64,000 nucleotides of DNA. Origin: a virus. Location of the stretch: positions 26,832 to 90,831 of IMG/VR virus record IMGVR_UViG_3300037804_000399; one strand, 5' to 3'. Position 1 is the stretch's first letter; every line of letters begins with the position of its first letter. A model generated the notes under the pieces. The model had not been told where the DNA came from. It did no database searches and saw only the letters and a program-made list of their open reading frames with translations. The translations under genes were made by a program, and so were the position numbers. Positions 38,181-46,980 of this stretch are shown piece after piece.

Positions 38181-39239
38181 ATGAAAATTGCAATGTTCAG
38201 TGACATACACTGGGGTAAAAATAAAGACGCTCTTTATAGATTAAATCAAACTACCGATTACATTGACTACTTTATTCGTAGATGTATGGAAATGGAAATA
38301 GATCAAGTATTTTTTCTTGGAGATTGGTTTGAAAATAGATTTTCTCTTTCAGTTTCAACATTTGTAGAATCGTATCAATGTTTAAAAAAGATTGCTGATA
38401 TTTATCCTGTTACTATGGTAGTAGGAAACCATGACATGGTAATGAAAAACAGCATGGAGGTTACAAGCGTTAAAGTATTTGAAGAAATTCCTGGAGTAAA
38501 GGTTGTTGACGATCCAGAGATTATGAAATTTGGTGATCGCAACTTCTTAATGTATCCGTACGGATTTGATTTAAAACCTTATATCAGTACTGGTGAAATA
38601 GATGCTGCGTTCGGTCACTTTGAATTTAACGGTGCAGCACTTGTAGGTCACGTTCATGCTGGTTCGCCTTTTTCAATTGATCATGTTTCAAAAATAGCTC
38701 CTTTAACTTTCTCTGGTCACTTTCATGTAAGAAAAGAATATCCTACTGAACACGGAACTGTAATTACAGTTGGATGTCCATTTATGTTAGATTGGGGCGA
38801 TTGTGGAAACTCAAAAGGTATTTGGACAATTGATACTACTGATATGTCTTATGAGTTTCATGAAAACGAACACAGTGCAATTTATCATAAAATTTATTGG
38901 TCGATGGTTCAGAAGGGTGCTCAGAAAATAAATCCCGAAGAAATAAAAGGCAATTTTGCAAAACTAATTATAGATGATGATTATGTTTACCATGAAGTTT
39001 CTTCTATGGTAGATGAAATTAATACTCACAATCCTCTTCGTCCATGTGTAACTGATTTCTTATTTAGCCAATATGATTTATCAACATCTGATACTGACAC
39101 TATTACTAAATTAAATATTAACTCTAAATTTGATTACATTGAGAAGTATATTGAAAAATCTACTGATGACCGTATCACAAAGTTAGATCGCAAGCAATTG
39201 ATAGATACTGCTAGAAATTTTTATGAAAAGGTAAATTAA
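38181..39239 (+). CDS. 47: Recombination endonuclease subunit (gp47/Mre11/SbcD-like)
   Basis: SDIH, GDWF, GNHD, GHFE, SGHFH metallophosphoesterase motifs. Confidence 0.92.
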   Translation: MKIAMFSDIHWGKNKDALYRLNQTTDYIDYFIRRCMEMEIDQVFFLGDWFENRFSLSVSTFVESYQCLKKIADIYPVTMVVGNHDMVMKNSMEVTSVKVFEEIPGVKVVDDPEIMKFGDRNFLMYPYGFDLKPYISTGEIDAAFGHFEFNGAALVGHVHAGSPFSIDHVSKIAPLTFSGHFHVRKEYPTEHGTVITVGCPFMLDWGDCGNSKGIWTIDTTDMSYEFHENEHSAIYHKIYWSMVQKGAQKINPEEIKGNFAKLIIDDDYVYHEVSSMVDEINTHNPLRPCVTDFLFSQYDLSTSDTDTITKLNINSKFDYIEKYIEKSTDDRITKLDRKQLIDTARNFYEKVN

Positions 39240-41035
39240 TGACCCATCACAACATCCAATTTAGACGATTAACAGTTTCAAATTTTCTATCTGTAGGTGC
39301 TCCTATTGTAGTTGACTTTCCAGATTATGTTGGATTGAATTACGTTTACGGATTCAATCATGACCTTGATACTAAAAACGGATCGGGAAAATCTACCATA
39401 TTTGTAGATGCTATTTTATTTGCACTGTTCGGAAAAACTCTCAGACCAATAACAAGAAAGCATATTCCTAATAGAAATTATGCATGTGAAGGTGATACAG
39501 AAGTACGATTAGAATTAGAAGTTGGTAAGGACAAATATGTCATCACTAGAGGAATGACAAAGCACAGACAGCTTCCAACAATGATGGTTACTCATAACGG
39601 TATAAATGTTACTAAAGGTAGTGCGGATGCTACTAATAGTTTTATCGAAACAAATATTTTAAAAAGTAATTGGAACGTCTTCAAAAACTGTATAGTACTT
39701 TCATCTAATGAACAAAACTCTTTTCTTAAAATGAAGAGTGGTGAAAAAAGAAAGTTTGTAGAAGAAGTTTTTGATTTAGCTGTATTTGGTAACATGGAAA
39801 CTAAAGTAAAAGAAGATGTCAAGAAAGTTGAATCTGAATTACTTTCTACACAGAAGATGATCAAAAAAATTCAACTTGATGTTGCTCAGTTTGAAGATGA
39901 AAGAACCAAACACGAGGACAATAAGAAGGAACGTCTCCGTGATCTCGTTACAGAAATGAAAGATAAAAAGGTTCAGTATCAACTTGCTAATAAAGAAGTA
40001 GAGTCTTACGAAGAAGAAAAAGTTGAACTTTCTGCAAAATTATCAAAATTTGACGTTGAAACATTCAAGAAACTAAAGGATAGTGAAATACAGGTTACTT
40101 CTAAAGTAAAACAACTTAAAAGTGAAAACACTTCAAGTAAAAAGTATCTTGCAAAGTATGAAGACATCTTATCAGAAATTGGTGAGTTGTGTTGTCTGCC
40201 TAGAGTAAAGGACAAGTTTAAGATTGATGAAACATTGGAACAGATTTCTACTAGAGATGAAACTATTGAAAAATTTTATCAAATAGGAAAGAAATTATCG
40301 TCTCAAAATAAAATTTTACAAACTCGAAAGGATCAATACGAAAAAGATAAACATAGTGTAACTGCAATTGATATTGAAATTAGACATTTAAAATCAAAAG
40401 AGAAGGATTGTATCCGTGAGTTAAAAAGATTACAAAAGGAAGTTACATCTGTTGAAGACCATCAACCTTTTAAAGAATTGATTAAACAAAATACTGAACA
40501 GTTAAACTCTCATGTAGACGTTTTTAAAGGCTATGTAACTCGACAACAGTACCTTCAAGCAGTCCAACTCATTGTAAGTGCTGACGGAGTTAAGAAGTTC
40601 GTTATAAAGGATTTGATTGACATTCTTAATAACAGAATACAATTCTATCTCAAGAAAATGAATTCTTCATATACTTGTATATTTGATAGTAACTTTGATT
40701 GTACTTTTGTTACTGAAACAGGAGAATGTAGTTATGATAACTTTTCAACAGGTGAACGAGCTAGGATTAATATTTCAGTATTGTTTGCATTTCGTGAGAT
40801 GTTATTTAATCAAGGTAATCTGATTTCATCTATTTTAGTTCTTGATGAATTTCTTGATAGTGGATTAGATGAACAAGCTGTAGTATCTCTCATGGAAATA
40901 TTAACAGAATTAAAAGATTCAGGACAAGTAGAAAGTATTATTCTAATCTCTCACAGAGAGTGTGTAGATGATGCTGACTTTGATAATATCATAACTGTCA
41001 TCAAAGAAGGTGGGTTTTCAAGAATTTCAAATTAA
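39239..41035 (+). CDS. 46: Recombination ATPase subunit (gp46/Rad50/SbcC-like)
   Basis: NFLSVG, NGSGKST, coiled coil, FSTGE, LDEFLDSGLD, ISH. Confidence 0.92.
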   Translation: MTHHNIQFRRLTVSNFLSVGAPIVVDFPDYVGLNYVYGFNHDLDTKNGSGKSTIFVDAILFALFGKTLRPITRKHIPNRNYACEGDTEVRLELEVGKDKYVITRGMTKHRQLPTMMVTHNGINVTKGSADATNSFIETNILKSNWNVFKNCIVLSSNEQNSFLKMKSGEKRKFVEEVFDLAVFGNMETKVKEDVKKVESELLSTQKMIKKIQLDVAQFEDERTKHEDNKKERLRDLVTEMKDKKVQYQLANKEVESYEEEKVELSAKLSKFDVETFKKLKDSEIQVTSKVKQLKSENTSSKKYLAKYEDILSEIGELCCLPRVKDKFKIDETLEQISTRDETIEKFYQIGKKLSSQNKILQTRKDQYEKDKHSVTAIDIEIRHLKSKEKDCIRELKRLQKEVTSVEDHQPFKELIKQNTEQLNSHVDVFKGYVTRQQYLQAVQLIVSADGVKKFVIKDLIDILNNRIQFYLKKMNSSYTCIFDSNFDCTFVTETGECSYDNFSTGERARINISVLFAFREMLFNQGNLISSILVLDEFLDSGLDEQAVVSLMEILTELKDSGQVESIILISHRECVDDADFDNIITVIKEGGFSRISN

Positions 41036-41091
41036 ATTGATTTTAATATTAATACTTAGATTTAACGAATAAACAGTACAAGGACAAAGGC

Positions 41092-41736
41092 ATGAGCGAA
41101 TTAAAAGAAAAATACATGAGACTGATTGATGCAGAAGACCCTTCTGTGATAATGTATGCGAGTTTAGCAGTATCAGATCAAAAAGGTCTTGAAAATGAAT
41201 TTGGAGTAATGGGGTATAAAGTTGGTCCACTTGCACCTTCAGACACGTTGAAGAAAATTCAAGCAAGTCTAATGAATGCGGACTTTGAAGAACTGTATGA
41301 AGAGACTCCTAAACAACTTCAAGGATTCGATGGAGATCTTGGCGAGTTCTTAACTATGAATGAAGAACAAGAAGAACAAATGAGAGCTCAGCTTCCAGTT
41401 CAACCAAAAACTCATACATCTCAAGCTGGTAGAAATAATCAACCTCAACAATACGCTCAGCAACCTGTAAAAACTCCTCCAGTTTACTTTACTGATCCGA
41501 CAAGTGGATTTGAATTTAAAGTTGAAGATGGAATAGCTTATAAGAAAGATTGGGTTGATTTGTCGGATGGAAGGGAAATAAAAGTATTTGCTATCAATAT
41601 TAACGAAGGTGGAAATCCGGATATTACAAGCAGTAGTGTAGTAAAAGTTTTGGATTGGGTAAGAGTTGAGCAAGAAGAGGAAGATGTTACTGAAGGTGAA
41701 GATTCGGACGTGACAAATGAAGCCACTACTAATTAA
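41092..41736 (+). CDS. Hypothetical protein
   Basis: ORF with AAGG RBS. Confidence 0.55.
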   Translation: MSELKEKYMRLIDAEDPSVIMYASLAVSDQKGLENEFGVMGYKVGPLAPSDTLKKIQASLMNADFEELYEETPKQLQGFDGDLGEFLTMNEEQEEQMRAQLPVQPKTHTSQAGRNNQPQQYAQQPVKTPPVYFTDPTSGFEFKVEDGIAYKKDWVDLSDGREIKVFAININEGGNPDITSSSVVKVLDWVRVEQEEEDVTEGEDSDVTNEATTN

Positions 41737-42271
41737 CAACTTCTGTGATTTAGTAAATGATGTCCTTGTTGAAGTAATTAATAACAATCACGAAATAATT
41801 ATTTCACAGGACGGATCTACTTTATTACTCAACGAACGTTTCATTCGACAATCAGTTATCGAAATGAATAGTCTTCTTAAAAAGATGGAAGGTAGTCATC
41901 GCATAGTTGTACATTCATGTCACCCAAACGATAATTGGAGAAACGTTGAACAAATTGAACTATGTCATTATCTTCCCACTTATCTTGAAACGAACAATGA
42001 GAAGTTTGATTGGTTTTATCATGAGCTTTGGTCTAAACTAATTAAGAAGAAACATCTCATTTGCATTTCCAATCCACGTTTAGATTACTATGATATATTA
42101 AAGGTAATTGATGAACACATAATTAGTGTTTACATTAACGAAGAACCTTCTCGCAGTGAGAAGTACATCACTAATGGTAATGAGTATTTTGATCACTCAG
42201 GACCAATTGAACAGAAATTTAAAACACAGTTAGAGATTGAACTTGCAACTCATAGTTTAATACACTTGTAA
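41717..42271 (+). CDS. Hypothetical protein
   Basis: ORF overlapping the upstream gene. Confidence 0.55.
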   Translation: MKPLLINNFCDLVNDVLVEVINNNHEIIISQDGSTLLLNERFIRQSVIEMNSLLKKMEGSHRIVVHSCHPNDNWRNVEQIELCHYLPTYLETNNEKFDWFYHELWSKLIKKKHLICISNPRLDYYDILKVIDEHIISVYINEEPSRSEKYITNGNEYFDHSGPIEQKFKTQLEIELATHSLIHL

Positions 42272-42280
42272 AGGAATGTC

Positions 42281-43270
42281 ATGTTTAGCGAATTCGACAA
42301 ATCATTATTTGTAAGAGAAAAACTTAATATTCTTGTTAGCAATATGAATATCATGAGAGATGTTTGGAGATTCAGATGTCCCATCTGTGGTGACTCAAGT
42401 AGAAACTCTCATAAGAAGCGTGGCAATTATTACTTAGGTACAAATAGCTATTATTGTTTTAACTGTGCTTATTCTGGATCTGGGTTTCACTTAGTCGCAA
42501 AAATATCAGGTAGAACATATTCAGATGTTCAATCAGAATTCTTATGTAGCTTGCGAGATATGTCAACAACAACAGCAGCTCCTATTATAAATGAGCAGCC
42601 CGATTATAGTTCACTTACTCCTGTCACAGCTACAATATCGGAAAAACATCACATTCCTTCTAATTGGCTTACTCCTGAAGATGAAGTAAAACAATTAATC
42701 GAAGATCGACAATTGTATTCTGCTCCATTCTTACAGAGAAATTTCAAATTATATTATGATGAGAATCAAAACAAACTTGTTATTCCATGGATGAGAGAAG
42801 GTCAATTTAAATGCGCTCAATATAGAAAGCTTGATAATTCAAATGGACCAAAATACATTTTTGAAAAGAATGCTCCTAAAGATGTAATGAATTTGGACAT
42901 TGTTGACGAGTCATTGGACTTTATTTTCTTAGTGGAAGGAGTATTTGATGCAATTTTTGTTCGCAATGGGGTAGCTGTTGGAGGTCTTAATGTTTCTCGT
43001 AAACAATTAGACCTGATAGAAGAAAAATCTACAGCAAAAGTAGTTTACATGCCTGATAATCAGCACACTGACAGGGCTTCTAAAGAATTCTCTGAAAAAT
43101 TAATAGATAAAGGTAAGCTAGTTTTCATTTGGCCAAAAAGTATTACTCAAAAGGACGTCAATAGCTACGTTACTGAGACAGGGAATACTGATTTCGAGGA
43201 TTTTGACTGGCTAGTCAAACATATTTCGAGAGGGCCAGTAGCAAAATTGAAATTAAAAGGCATTAGATGA
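42281..43270 (+). CDS. 61: DNA primase (T4 gp61-like)
   Basis: FRCPICGDS...YYCFNC zinc domain; TOPRIM VEGVFDA, PDN, KDVN. Confidence 0.92.
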   Translation: MFSEFDKSLFVREKLNILVSNMNIMRDVWRFRCPICGDSSRNSHKKRGNYYLGTNSYYCFNCAYSGSGFHLVAKISGRTYSDVQSEFLCSLRDMSTTTAAPIINEQPDYSSLTPVTATISEKHHIPSNWLTPEDEVKQLIEDRQLYSAPFLQRNFKLYYDENQNKLVIPWMREGQFKCAQYRKLDNSNGPKYIFEKNAPKDVMNLDIVDESLDFIFLVEGVFDAIFVRNGVAVGGLNVSRKQLDLIEEKSTAKVVYMPDNQHTDRASKEFSEKLIDKGKLVFIWPKSITQKDVNSYVTETGNTDFEDFDWLVKHISRGPVAKLKLKGIR

Positions 43271-43291
43271 TATCTTATCGCCTAATAAATA

Positions 43292-43299
43292 TATAAATA
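43292..43299 (+). promoter_or_regulatory. T4-type late promoter
   Basis: TATAAATA. Confidence 0.75.
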
Positions 43300-43337
43300 A
43301 GAATAATGTCTAATCAAATACTGTATAAGGAATCAAA

Positions 43338-45236
43338 ATGAAAAAATTTAAATCGTTTCACGAATCAATACTTCGTGAATGTATGTTGACAGAGGGATTT
43401 AAAGATTCTGAAGTTGGTAGAGTTTCTGAAATTATTGGAAATAAACTATCTAAAGAATTGGGTGTCCCTGTTGTACCATTTCACGAAACTCATTTCTACG
43501 AAAATGGCGATGGAGTAGGTAAAGGATTACTTTATTTTATCAATAATGATGCATCACGCTCAGTTCGTTTTAATATGAGTGATAGAAATAATATTTCATC
43601 CGTTGATATTTGGAAAAATGCGACAAAAGAAACCCCTACTCCTGATTCACGTATCGATGTGAGTGGAAAATATTCTGTTGAAACTATTAATATCGTTCTT
43701 CCAATTATCAAAGACCTTTTAGAAGGATCAACAGACGAAGAAGATATTGATTTTGCAAAGCTTGTTGATGAAGTCGACATGGAAATGAAATCATCTGATG
43801 TAGAAGTTGATGCAGAAGAACCTGAACAACTCGCTGCTAGTGTTGAAACATCAGATGCTCCTATCAATGAAGAAATCGAAGTTGATGGCGATGTATATCC
43901 TGATAACAAATCAGCTATTAAAGCGTTGTTAAGTGCGGGAATGTCCAAAGCAGAAATAGCAAAACAAATGAATCTCTCATACTCAGCAGTACGTCATCAC
44001 GCAAAAAAAATCGAAGGTGTTGAAGTAGTTGACGGTGTAGACGAACAACGTGTTGAAGCTGTTGCTGACGAAGAGCCTCAATGGATCAATGATATTTCAG
44101 AAGACGAATATAATAAAATGATTGAAGATGCTGGATCAGATCCATGGAATCTATCAATTGGCCAGAAGAAAGAACGTTACCGTGAGATGGTTGACCGTTT
44201 TGTAGATCCTGAAGGATCAGCTAAAGCAAAACTATTCGTAGTTTGTGGTTCTCCTGCTACAGGTAAAACTTATGACATCACATCTATCATGGAAAATGAT
44301 TATAAGATGGTTGAAGGAAAAGATTATTCATACAATAAAGGTGAATCCTCAAATACATCTGCAAAGCTGTTTGCTGAACTTTATAATAATCGCGAAGAGA
44401 TGGTTATTGTTTTTGATGATGCTGATGATGCTGTGACGAATTCAGATACTCGTCAGATATTAATGGCTGCTACTGATACATCAACTTCAGTTGTACAAGT
44501 AGATAACCGTCAATTAACATTTAGCAAATCTAAAGTTCAACGTAGAATGGATAACTTAAAAAACGCTCTTAGAACTGTAGTTGATATACAAGGCAGAGGC
44601 GACTTTGAAGATGATAATTTAGAACTTGGTGCAGATGAAATAACTGAACTTATTCGTCAATTTAGTGTAGCAGAAAGATTTGCTAAGATGGACGAGTACG
44701 ATTTCAATGAACTGTGGCTTGAGAAGGCTGGAGAGATTTTAAATTCTCTTTCACCTATCATGAAAGACAGTCCAGTTCTTAAACAGCAATTGAAAAACTT
44801 TACTAATCTTGAAAATGAATATATTCGTATCAAGAATAAGGAACGTCTTCCAAATAAGTTTGAATTCAAAAGTAAGATCATTGTTATTACTAACATGGTT
44901 AAAGAAAAGATTGACGGTGCACTTCTTTCTCGTGCAATGGTTCAAGAGATTATTGTTGATCAAGATGAAATGCTTGACCTTATTCGTACTATCCTTCCTT
45001 ATATGAGACCGGATGATGCTGATTTGAAAATAAAAGAAATTATTCTTAAAACTATTATGATGAAAGAAAGTAGAAACCCTTCCCTGAGATCAAATGGAAG
45101 ATATATCAAGTATGATATACCCGATAAGAAAGGTAGACTACCAACTCTTCCAATCAATCCTCGTAGAATTTATTTTGCGATTGATGAGTATCTTGCTGGT
45201 GGAGACTACAGAAAGAAGATCTTCCTTCACGGATAA
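43338..45236 (+). CDS. Late AAA+ ATPase with HTH and capsid-targeting-like N-terminus
   Basis: MKKFKSFHE..; HTH MSKAEIAKQMNLSYSAVRHH; GSPATGKT; IVFDDAD; IVITN; LLSR. Confidence 0.7.
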   Translation: MKKFKSFHESILRECMLTEGFKDSEVGRVSEIIGNKLSKELGVPVVPFHETHFYENGDGVGKGLLYFINNDASRSVRFNMSDRNNISSVDIWKNATKETPTPDSRIDVSGKYSVETINIVLPIIKDLLEGSTDEEDIDFAKLVDEVDMEMKSSDVEVDAEEPEQLAASVETSDAPINEEIEVDGDVYPDNKSAIKALLSAGMSKAEIAKQMNLSYSAVRHHAKKIEGVEVVDGVDEQRVEAVADEEPQWINDISEDEYNKMIEDAGSDPWNLSIGQKKERYREMVDRFVDPEGSAKAKLFVVCGSPATGKTYDITSIMENDYKMVEGKDYSYNKGESSNTSAKLFAELYNNREEMVIVFDDADDAVTNSDTRQILMAATDTSTSVVQVDNRQLTFSKSKVQRRMDNLKNALRTVVDIQGRGDFEDDNLELGADEITELIRQFSVAERFAKMDEYDFNELWLEKAGEILNSLSPIMKDSPVLKQQLKNFTNLENEYIRIKNKERLPNKFEFKSKIIVITNMVKEKIDGALLSRAMVQEIIVDQDEMLDLIRTILPYMRPDDADLKIKEIILKTIMMKESRNPSLRSNGRYIKYDIPDKKGRLPTLPINPRRIYFAIDEYLAGGDYRKKIFLHG

Positions 45237-45256
45237 TCCAAACCAAAACTATTAAT

Positions 45257-45284
45257 AAAAAGCCTCTCATATGAGAGGCTTTTT
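45257..45284 (+). terminator. Intrinsic terminator
   Basis: AGCCTCTCAT/ATGAGAGGCT inverted repeat + T-run. Confidence 0.85.
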
Positions 45285-45380
45285 AGTTTACACTAAATCA
45301 ATTTCACGATACAGCTTTAAAAACAAACTTTGATCGTGATAATTAACTATACACCACTTAATAAGTAACAAGGAGCTTTT

Positions 45381-45815
45381 ATGTCATGCGAAGATGAAAT
45401 AGGAAAGGTTATTCCAATCTCTCCGGCAGATTTCAATAAACTATCTGGTAAAAAAGTAAACGATGTCATACGTGCCATCAATGAATACCTGATGAGAGAA
45501 ATACGAAAAGGTGATGTGTCAAAAATCAATATTTCAACAGCTGTTGTGGATTATAATGATCTGAGTGTTGATATTGCTCTTTCTCATTTTCTAGATCAGG
45601 GTTGGATTTGCGAACGTGATACAGACGGAAATTTATTTTTACTTTCAGAAGAAGAAACAGAAAATCCAATACAGAATGCAATTGCTATTGCGCACGGTGA
45701 AGATAGTGCCGTAGTTGAAGATTCTCAACAAGATTCAAATCAAGATTCAGTACTTGCAGATTCAAATGCTGAGCCTGGTGACTCTCAATTCCTAACAACA
45801 ACAGTAGGACCTTAA
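45381..45815 (+). CDS. Hypothetical protein with DS-repeat tail
   Basis: AGGAG RBS; tail EDSAVVEDSQQDSNQDSVLADS...GDSQFLTTTVGP. Confidence 0.6.
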   Translation: MSCEDEIGKVIPISPADFNKLSGKKVNDVIRAINEYLMREIRKGDVSKINISTAVVDYNDLSVDIALSHFLDQGWICERDTDGNLFLLSEEETENPIQNAIAIAHGEDSAVVEDSQQDSNQDSVLADSNAEPGDSQFLTTTVGP

Positions 45816-45828
45816 TAGGATATAATTA

Positions 45829-46521
45829 ATGGCTGAAGACAACGAACAAACTAGACGGTTTTTAAATACTCAACGCCAAGCTGAATATTTATCTAACGAA
45901 CTAAAATATCAAAACGAGACTGTTAGTAAGACAGGTCAGAATATTGTTTCTCAAAACATTAATGGCGAGAAGTTTGATATTGAATTTCAAGCTCTTAACA
46001 GTACTGTGGTACTTAAAAAAGAATTACTACATAGAGTACGAGAATCAAATGGCATTATTGTTCCTGATACTATTGAAAAGAATACTCGTACAGATGCTGC
46101 GACTGTTGTTAGTAAAGGAGAAGATGTAATTTGGGACGATTTAAAAATCGGTGATAGGGTTATGTTTGATACTCATGCTGTTTTCAGACCTACGTTTCCG
46201 ATTTGCTGGTTGCAATTTGAAAATATTATAGCAAAACTTGATAAGGATGATAATATGGATCCAATAGGTGACTTTCTTCTTGTTGAAGAAATCCAAAATA
46301 CAGTAAAGAATGAATACGATGGACTTCTTGAAGTTCCAGATTCAGTAAAAGATGAAACTCCTTTGTATAAAGTACATAAGGTTGGTCCATTAGTAACAAA
46401 AGCATTTGTAGGTGATGTTGTAATGTTTAGAGGTGACACTTCAAACATTCATATTAATCTAAAAGGAAAAGATGTTTCGTTAGTTAAGGAAGGTGTCCTG
46501 TTAGGTATCATTCCGGATTAA
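45829..46521 (+). CDS. groES: Tandem double-domain GroES (Cpn10 x2) co-chaperonin
   Basis: Domain 1 FQALNSTVVL...GIIVP...VVSKG...KIGDRVMF...IIAK; domain 2 DPIGDFLLV...GLLEVP...VHKVGP...VGDVVMF...LLGI. Confidence 0.75.
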   Translation: MAEDNEQTRRFLNTQRQAEYLSNELKYQNETVSKTGQNIVSQNINGEKFDIEFQALNSTVVLKKELLHRVRESNGIIVPDTIEKNTRTDAATVVSKGEDVIWDDLKIGDRVMFDTHAVFRPTFPICWLQFENIIAKLDKDDNMDPIGDFLLVEEIQNTVKNEYDGLLEVPDSVKDETPLYKVHKVGPLVTKAFVGDVVMFRGDTSNIHINLKGKDVSLVKEGVLLGIIPD

Positions 46522-46541
46522 AATAAATTATAACAACTTCA

Positions 46542-46571
46542 AGAGGGTGATTCGATTGGATCACCCTTTTT
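46542..46571 (+). terminator. Intrinsic terminator
   Basis: AGAGGGTGATTC...GGATCACCCTTT + T-run. Confidence 0.8.
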
Positions 46572-46588
46572 AACTTTTAGGGAATACA

Positions 46589-46942
46589 ATGGGAATTATA
46601 ACAATAATAATATCGTTTATCATTTATGCAGTTTATACCGGACATGATAGTTGGGTGTTGACTTTACTAGTAGGTGTAATGTTTCTTGATTGTGTAGTAG
46701 CAACTCTAGCTGCATATTCAGTCAAGTTCTTTAGTAAAAATTTAGACAATGCCGAGCTAGTTGAAGAGTTAGATGCTCTTTACATACAACGCAAATGGTA
46801 CGTTGTTTGGCCAAAGATTATAGCAGTTGGAGTAGCTTGTGGAGTATGTGCTGTATTCAATTCAATGATGATCGCTCTGTTATTTTACGTTTTATTTGTA
46901 TCTGAATGTTATATAGAGTATAAATTTCAAACTTATAAATGA
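46589..46942 (+). CDS. Small membrane protein
   Basis: About four hydrophobic segments. Confidence 0.6.
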   Translation: MGIITIIISFIIYAVYTGHDSWVLTLLVGVMFLDCVVATLAAYSVKFFSKNLDNAELVEELDALYIQRKWYVVWPKIIAVGVACGVCAVFNSMMIALLFYVLFVSECYIEYKFQTYK

Positions 46943-46980
46943 TAATACCCTGATAAATAAAAATTAAGGTAAAAATTAAT

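Noticed and set aside
41717-42271. dNMP kinase
   Set aside because: Only a faint ISNPR/ITDVR resemblance and no P-loop
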